A stretch of 64,000 nucleotides of DNA from assembly GCA_040220235.1 (NCBI GenBank), contig JAVJTO010000044.1; one strand, written 5' to 3'. This DNA is from Coleofasciculus sp. B1-GNL1-01 (GTDB lineage Bacteria; Cyanobacteriota; Cyanobacteriia; Cyanobacteriales; Coleofasciculaceae). Under the pieces are notes generated by a model, which did not search any database, had not been told where the DNA came from, and saw only the letters and a list, made by a program, of their open reading frames with translations. Made by a program: the position numbers and the translations under genes. Positions 60,913-64,000 of this stretch are shown here, piece after piece (position 1 is the first letter of the stretch; each line of letters starts with the position of its first letter).

Positions 60913-62931
60913 ATGGTCGTTGCAACCCAATCTCTCGAAGAACTTTGTATTAATTCCATCCGCTTTCTGGCGATAGACGCCGTAGAGAAAGCCAATTCCG
61001 GTCATCCCGGATTGCCAATGGGCGCAGCACCGATGGCGTTTGTGCTGTGGGATCGCCTGATGCGGTACAACCCGAAAAATCCTAACTGGTTCAACCGCGA
61101 TCGCTTTGTTTTGTCAGCGGGTCATGGCTGTATGTTACAGTACGGCTTGCTCTATCTGACCGGCTATGATGACATCACCCTTGATGATCTCAAGCAGTTC
61201 CGTCAGTGGGAATCCAAGACTCCCGGTCACCCAGAAAACTTCATGACTCAAGGGGTAGAAGTCACCACCGGACCGTTAGGACAAGGGATCGCCAACGGTG
61301 TCGGGTTAGCGATCGCAGAAGCACATTTAGCTGCCCAATTCAATAAACCCGATTGCCAAATTATCGACCACTACACCTATGTCATTTTAGGTGATGGTTG
61401 CAATATGGAAGGCGTATCTGGGGAAGCCTGTTCTGTCGCCGGACATCTGGGATTGGGTAAACTGATTGCCCTCTACGATGATAACCATATCTCCATTGAT
61501 GGTTCCACCGACCTTGCCTTTACCGAAGATGTGGGCAAGCGCTTTGAGGCTTATGGGTGGCATGTCCAGCATGTTCCCGATGGTAACACCAACTTGGACG
61601 CGATTCACAAAGCAATTGAAGCGGCTAAAGCGGTTACCGATAAGCCCTCCTTAATTAAAGTCACCACCACCATTGGTTTCGGTTCTCCCAATAAAGCCAA
61701 TACCCACGGCGTCCATGGTGCGGCGTTAGGTGCAGACGAAGTGAAAGCCACTCGTGAACATCTGGATTGGAACTATCCAGAATTCGAGGTACCCGAAGAC
61801 GCCCTGAAGCATTTCCGCAAAGCAGTTGATCGCGGTGCTGAGTACGAAGAAGAGTGGAATAAACTCTTCACCCGTTACAAAACCGAATACGCAGAAGAAG
61901 CTGCCGTATTAGAACGGATGATCAGCGGCAAGTTGCCCGAGAACTGGGACAAAGCCCTACCCAGCTACACCCCCCAGGATAAGAAAGATGCCACTCGGAA
62001 TCAATCGGGTGCAACCCTCAACGCTATGGCTGGGGTATTACCAGAACTCATTGGCGGTTCTGCTGACTTAGCCCCGTCCAACAAAACCTTACTCAAATCC
62101 TCCAAGGATTTCCAAAAAGGTGCGTATGAAAATCGCAACCTCCGCTTTGGGGTTCGCGAACATGGTATGGGAGCGATTTGTAATGGGATTGCCCTACATA
62201 AGTCTGGCTTGATTCCTTACGGTGCCACATTCTTAGTCTTCACCGACTACATGCGAGCATCGATTCGCCTCTCCGCCCTATCCCACGCTGGGGTAATCTG
62301 GGTAATGACCCATGACTCCGTGGCATTAGGAGAAGATGGTCCGACGCACCAACCAATTGAGCATATTCCTACCCTGCGAGCGATTCCCGACTTAATCGTG
62401 ATTCGTCCTGCGGATGGAAATGAAACCTCTGGTGCCTATAAGGTAGCGGTTGAGAAGGCAAAACCTGCCCAAGGTTTAGCAACACCTAGTCTGTTAGCAC
62501 TGTCTCGGCAAGGGCTACCCAACCTAGAGGGAAGTTCGATTGATGCTGTTGCTCAAGGGGCTTACATCTTATCGGATAGCGATGGCACACCCGACATCAT
62601 CTTAATTGGCACCGGTTCGGAAGTTCACATCTGCGTTGATGCAGCGGAAAAACTCCGGGGTGAAGGTAAGAAAGTCCGCGTGGTTTCTATGCCAAGCTGG
62701 GAACTGTTTGAGGAACAGGATGAAAGCTATCGCGAATCCGTATTACCGAAAGCGGTAACCAAGCGGTTAGCGGTAGAAGCGGGGTCTAGCTTTGGCTGGT
62801 GTCGCTATGTTGGCGCTGAAGGTGACACGATTAGTATTGATCGCTTTGGCGCATCGGCTCCCGGTGGCGTTGCTTTAGAAAAGTTTGGTTACACGGTGGA
62901 TAATATCGTGGCTAAGGCTAAGGCGCTTTAG
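60913..62931 (+). CDS. tkt: Transketolase
   Basis: [23 protein letters not shown] and FGASAP motifs. Confidence 0.98.
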   Translation: MVVATQSLEELCINSIRFLAIDAVEKANSGHPGLPMGAAPMAFVLWDRLMRYNPKNPNWFNRDRFVLSAGHGCMLQYGLLYLTGYDDITLDDLKQFRQWESKTPGHPENFMTQGVEVTTGPLGQGIANGVGLAIAEAHLAAQFNKPDCQIIDHYTYVILGDGCNMEGVSGEACSVAGHLGLGKLIALYDDNHISIDGSTDLAFTEDVGKRFEAYGWHVQHVPDGNTNLDAIHKAIEAAKAVTDKPSLIKVTTTIGFGSPNKANTHGVHGAALGADEVKATREHLDWNYPEFEVPEDALKHFRKAVDRGAEYEEEWNKLFTRYKTEYAEEAAVLERMISGKLPENWDKALPSYTPQDKKDATRNQSGATLNAMAGVLPELIGGSADLAPSNKTLLKSSKDFQKGAYENRNLRFGVREHGMGAICNGIALHKSGLIPYGATFLVFTDYMRASIRLSALSHAGVIWVMTHDSVALGEDGPTHQPIEHIPTLRAIPDLIVIRPADGNETSGAYKVAVEKAKPAQGLATPSLLALSRQGLPNLEGSSIDAVAQGAYILSDSDGTPDIILIGTGSEVHICVDAAEKLRGEGKKVRVVSMPSWELFEEQDESYRESVLPKAVTKRLAVEAGSSFGWCRYVGAEGDTISIDRFGASAPGGVALEKFGYTVDNIVAKAKAL

Positions 62932-62944
62932 GGATAGTAATTTC

Positions 62945-62973
62945 GTAGGGGTACGGCACTGCCGTGCCACTAC
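62945..62973. repeat. GTAG palindrome downstream of tkt
   Basis: GTAGGGGTACGGCACTGCCGTGCCACTAC. Similar GTAG hairpins at 26754-26777, 50477-50500 and 54837-54898. Confidence 0.65.
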
Positions 62974-63013
62974 AATCAGAAAGGCTCTCTATTTCTAGGG
63001 AGCCTTTGATGAC

Positions 63014-63294
63014 TCAGGGGGTGACAAGCTAGCGGAAGTGTTGAGCCATCCTGCTTTTAGCCCATTTCTTCTTGTCACAGATAGGGTCAAAGATAGCAGT
63101 TTTTCTGGGGGACCAGCCCCCCAGACCCCCCGATGGGGGACGAGCGCCTCCCCCATACCCCCTGCGCAACGCTTCGCTTGAATATATCTCATGGCTGTGG
63201 TCTTCATCTGTCAATAAGGCTTCATCTTTGGAGATACTAATTGTCTGTTCAAAGCCCGATTTGAAAAGGTTTTAGACGGCTTGTCACCCCTTCA
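63014..63294. mobile_element. 275-bp MITE with 13-bp inverted ends and 3-bp TCA target duplication
   Basis: TCA-GGGGGTGACAAGC...GCTTGTCACCCCT-TCA (12/13). Confidence 0.7.
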
Positions 63295-63502
63295 GCTTTG
63301 ATGATTTACTGACTATTTTAAAATTGATAAATTAGGTAGGGTTCGTAGTAAGGACTTCAGCCCTAGATTTCGTTGGGTTGAGCGAAGTCGAAACCCAACC
63401 TACAACCCATTCCACCCCTCTAGGTGACATTGCTCGAATCATAAGCAATAGAACCCACATTCCGCACGTCAACTTGTAGTATGCCAAGTAGTACGGAAAA
63501 AC

Positions 63503-63573
63503 TGGGTAGCTTGGCGAACTTTTTACGTATAAATACTTAGATTTTTCAGTTTTTATGTTCGCCAAGCTACCCA
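63503..63573. repeat. Perfect 17-bp inverted repeat with 37-nt AT-rich spacer
   Basis: TGGGTAGCTTGGCGAAC ... GTTCGCCAAGCTACCCA. Confidence 0.85.
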
Positions 63574-63694
63574 AAAGATGTAATCGTCACGTATTACATT
63601 ATGAAGTGCGGAGTCTGGGATAGAAAAAAGGAGCGATCGCGTCTTGGACACTCAGCCGGATATAGATTACCCTAAACTAAACGCCGTGGGCGAT

Positions 63695-63904
63695 TTCATG
63701 AACCCCGCCTTACTTCGTGAAGTCGGGGATTGTCAGAGATAACCTGTCAGGAAGTCTTGAATAGGGCATGAGTTGGTAGGGGATAACCACTGCTGAACGT
63801 TTCTCTAGTTCAGCTTAAATGTAGGTTTAGGAACTGGGTAAATCCAGGACACACCCCTATCAATGCCTGAAGAGAAGTAAACATTACACGAGTGGTTTAT
63901 ATCT
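63695..63904 (+). ncRNA. Putative omega-RNA (HEARO-like) of an IscB/IsrB element
   Basis: Starts TTCATGAACCCCG...ACTTCGTGAAGT...CGGGGATT hairpin; further stems (CTGAAC...GTTCAG; GGCATGAGTTGGTAGGGG...CCCCTATCAATGCC); immediately precedes a PLMP ORF. Confidence 0.7.
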
Positions 63905-64000
63905 ATGAATCGTGTTCCGGTAGTTAGCAAAGAAGGAAAACCGCTAATGCCTAACATACCCTCTAGGGCGAGACGGTGGGTCTAAGAAGGTAAAGCCGTG
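63905..64000 (+). pseudogene. IscB/IsrB-family (PLMP/RRXRR domain) gene 5' end with premature stop
   Basis: MNRVPVVSKEGKPLMPNIPSRARRWV*EGKAV; TAA at 63983-63985. Confidence 0.8.

Noticed and set aside
62995..63574. Short ORFs downstream of tkt
   Set aside because: They overlap MITE/REP sequence and show no protein motifs.
1..64000. HIP1 (GCGATCGC) abundance; rRNA/tRNA genes
   Set aside because: HIP1 is an ordinary cyanobacterial genome signature; no rRNA or tRNA-like sequence was recognised.

Overview
Chromosomal window from a cyanobacterium, probably filamentous. Evidence: frequent HIP1 GCGATCGC, short tandem heptamer repeats (STRR), GTAG-type short palindromic repeats, and acpP-fabF-tkt synteny. 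Housekeeping genes (ArsA/GET3 ATPase, msrA, histone deacetylase-like, adenosine deaminase, MscS, acpP, fabF, tkt) alternate with accessory signalling and secretion loci. These include four Hanks-type kinases with different C-terminal modules, three consecutive hybrid histidine kinases, and scattered glycosyl/pyruvyl transferases. An ~18-kb locus encodes NarL regulator, CHASE2 kinase, DUF928, TPR/CHAT, TpsA and TpsB. An RTX M10 metalloprotease, a TIMP-like protein and a nest of mobile-element remnants lie between tpsA and tpsB. Most notable: (1) the M10 protease next to a CSC-N-terminal TIMP-like protein; (2) a perfect CIRCE operator before a kinase-AAA gene rather than a chaperone gene; (3) a kinase-TM-VIT-vWA-PEP-CTERM protein facing a cyanoexosortase; (4) an IscB/IsrB-type omega-RNA plus PLMP gene start at the right edge; (5) MITE insertions whose empty sites can be reconstructed. 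No rRNA, tRNA or CRISPR array was seen. Family calls come from motif recognition by eye, not database searches.
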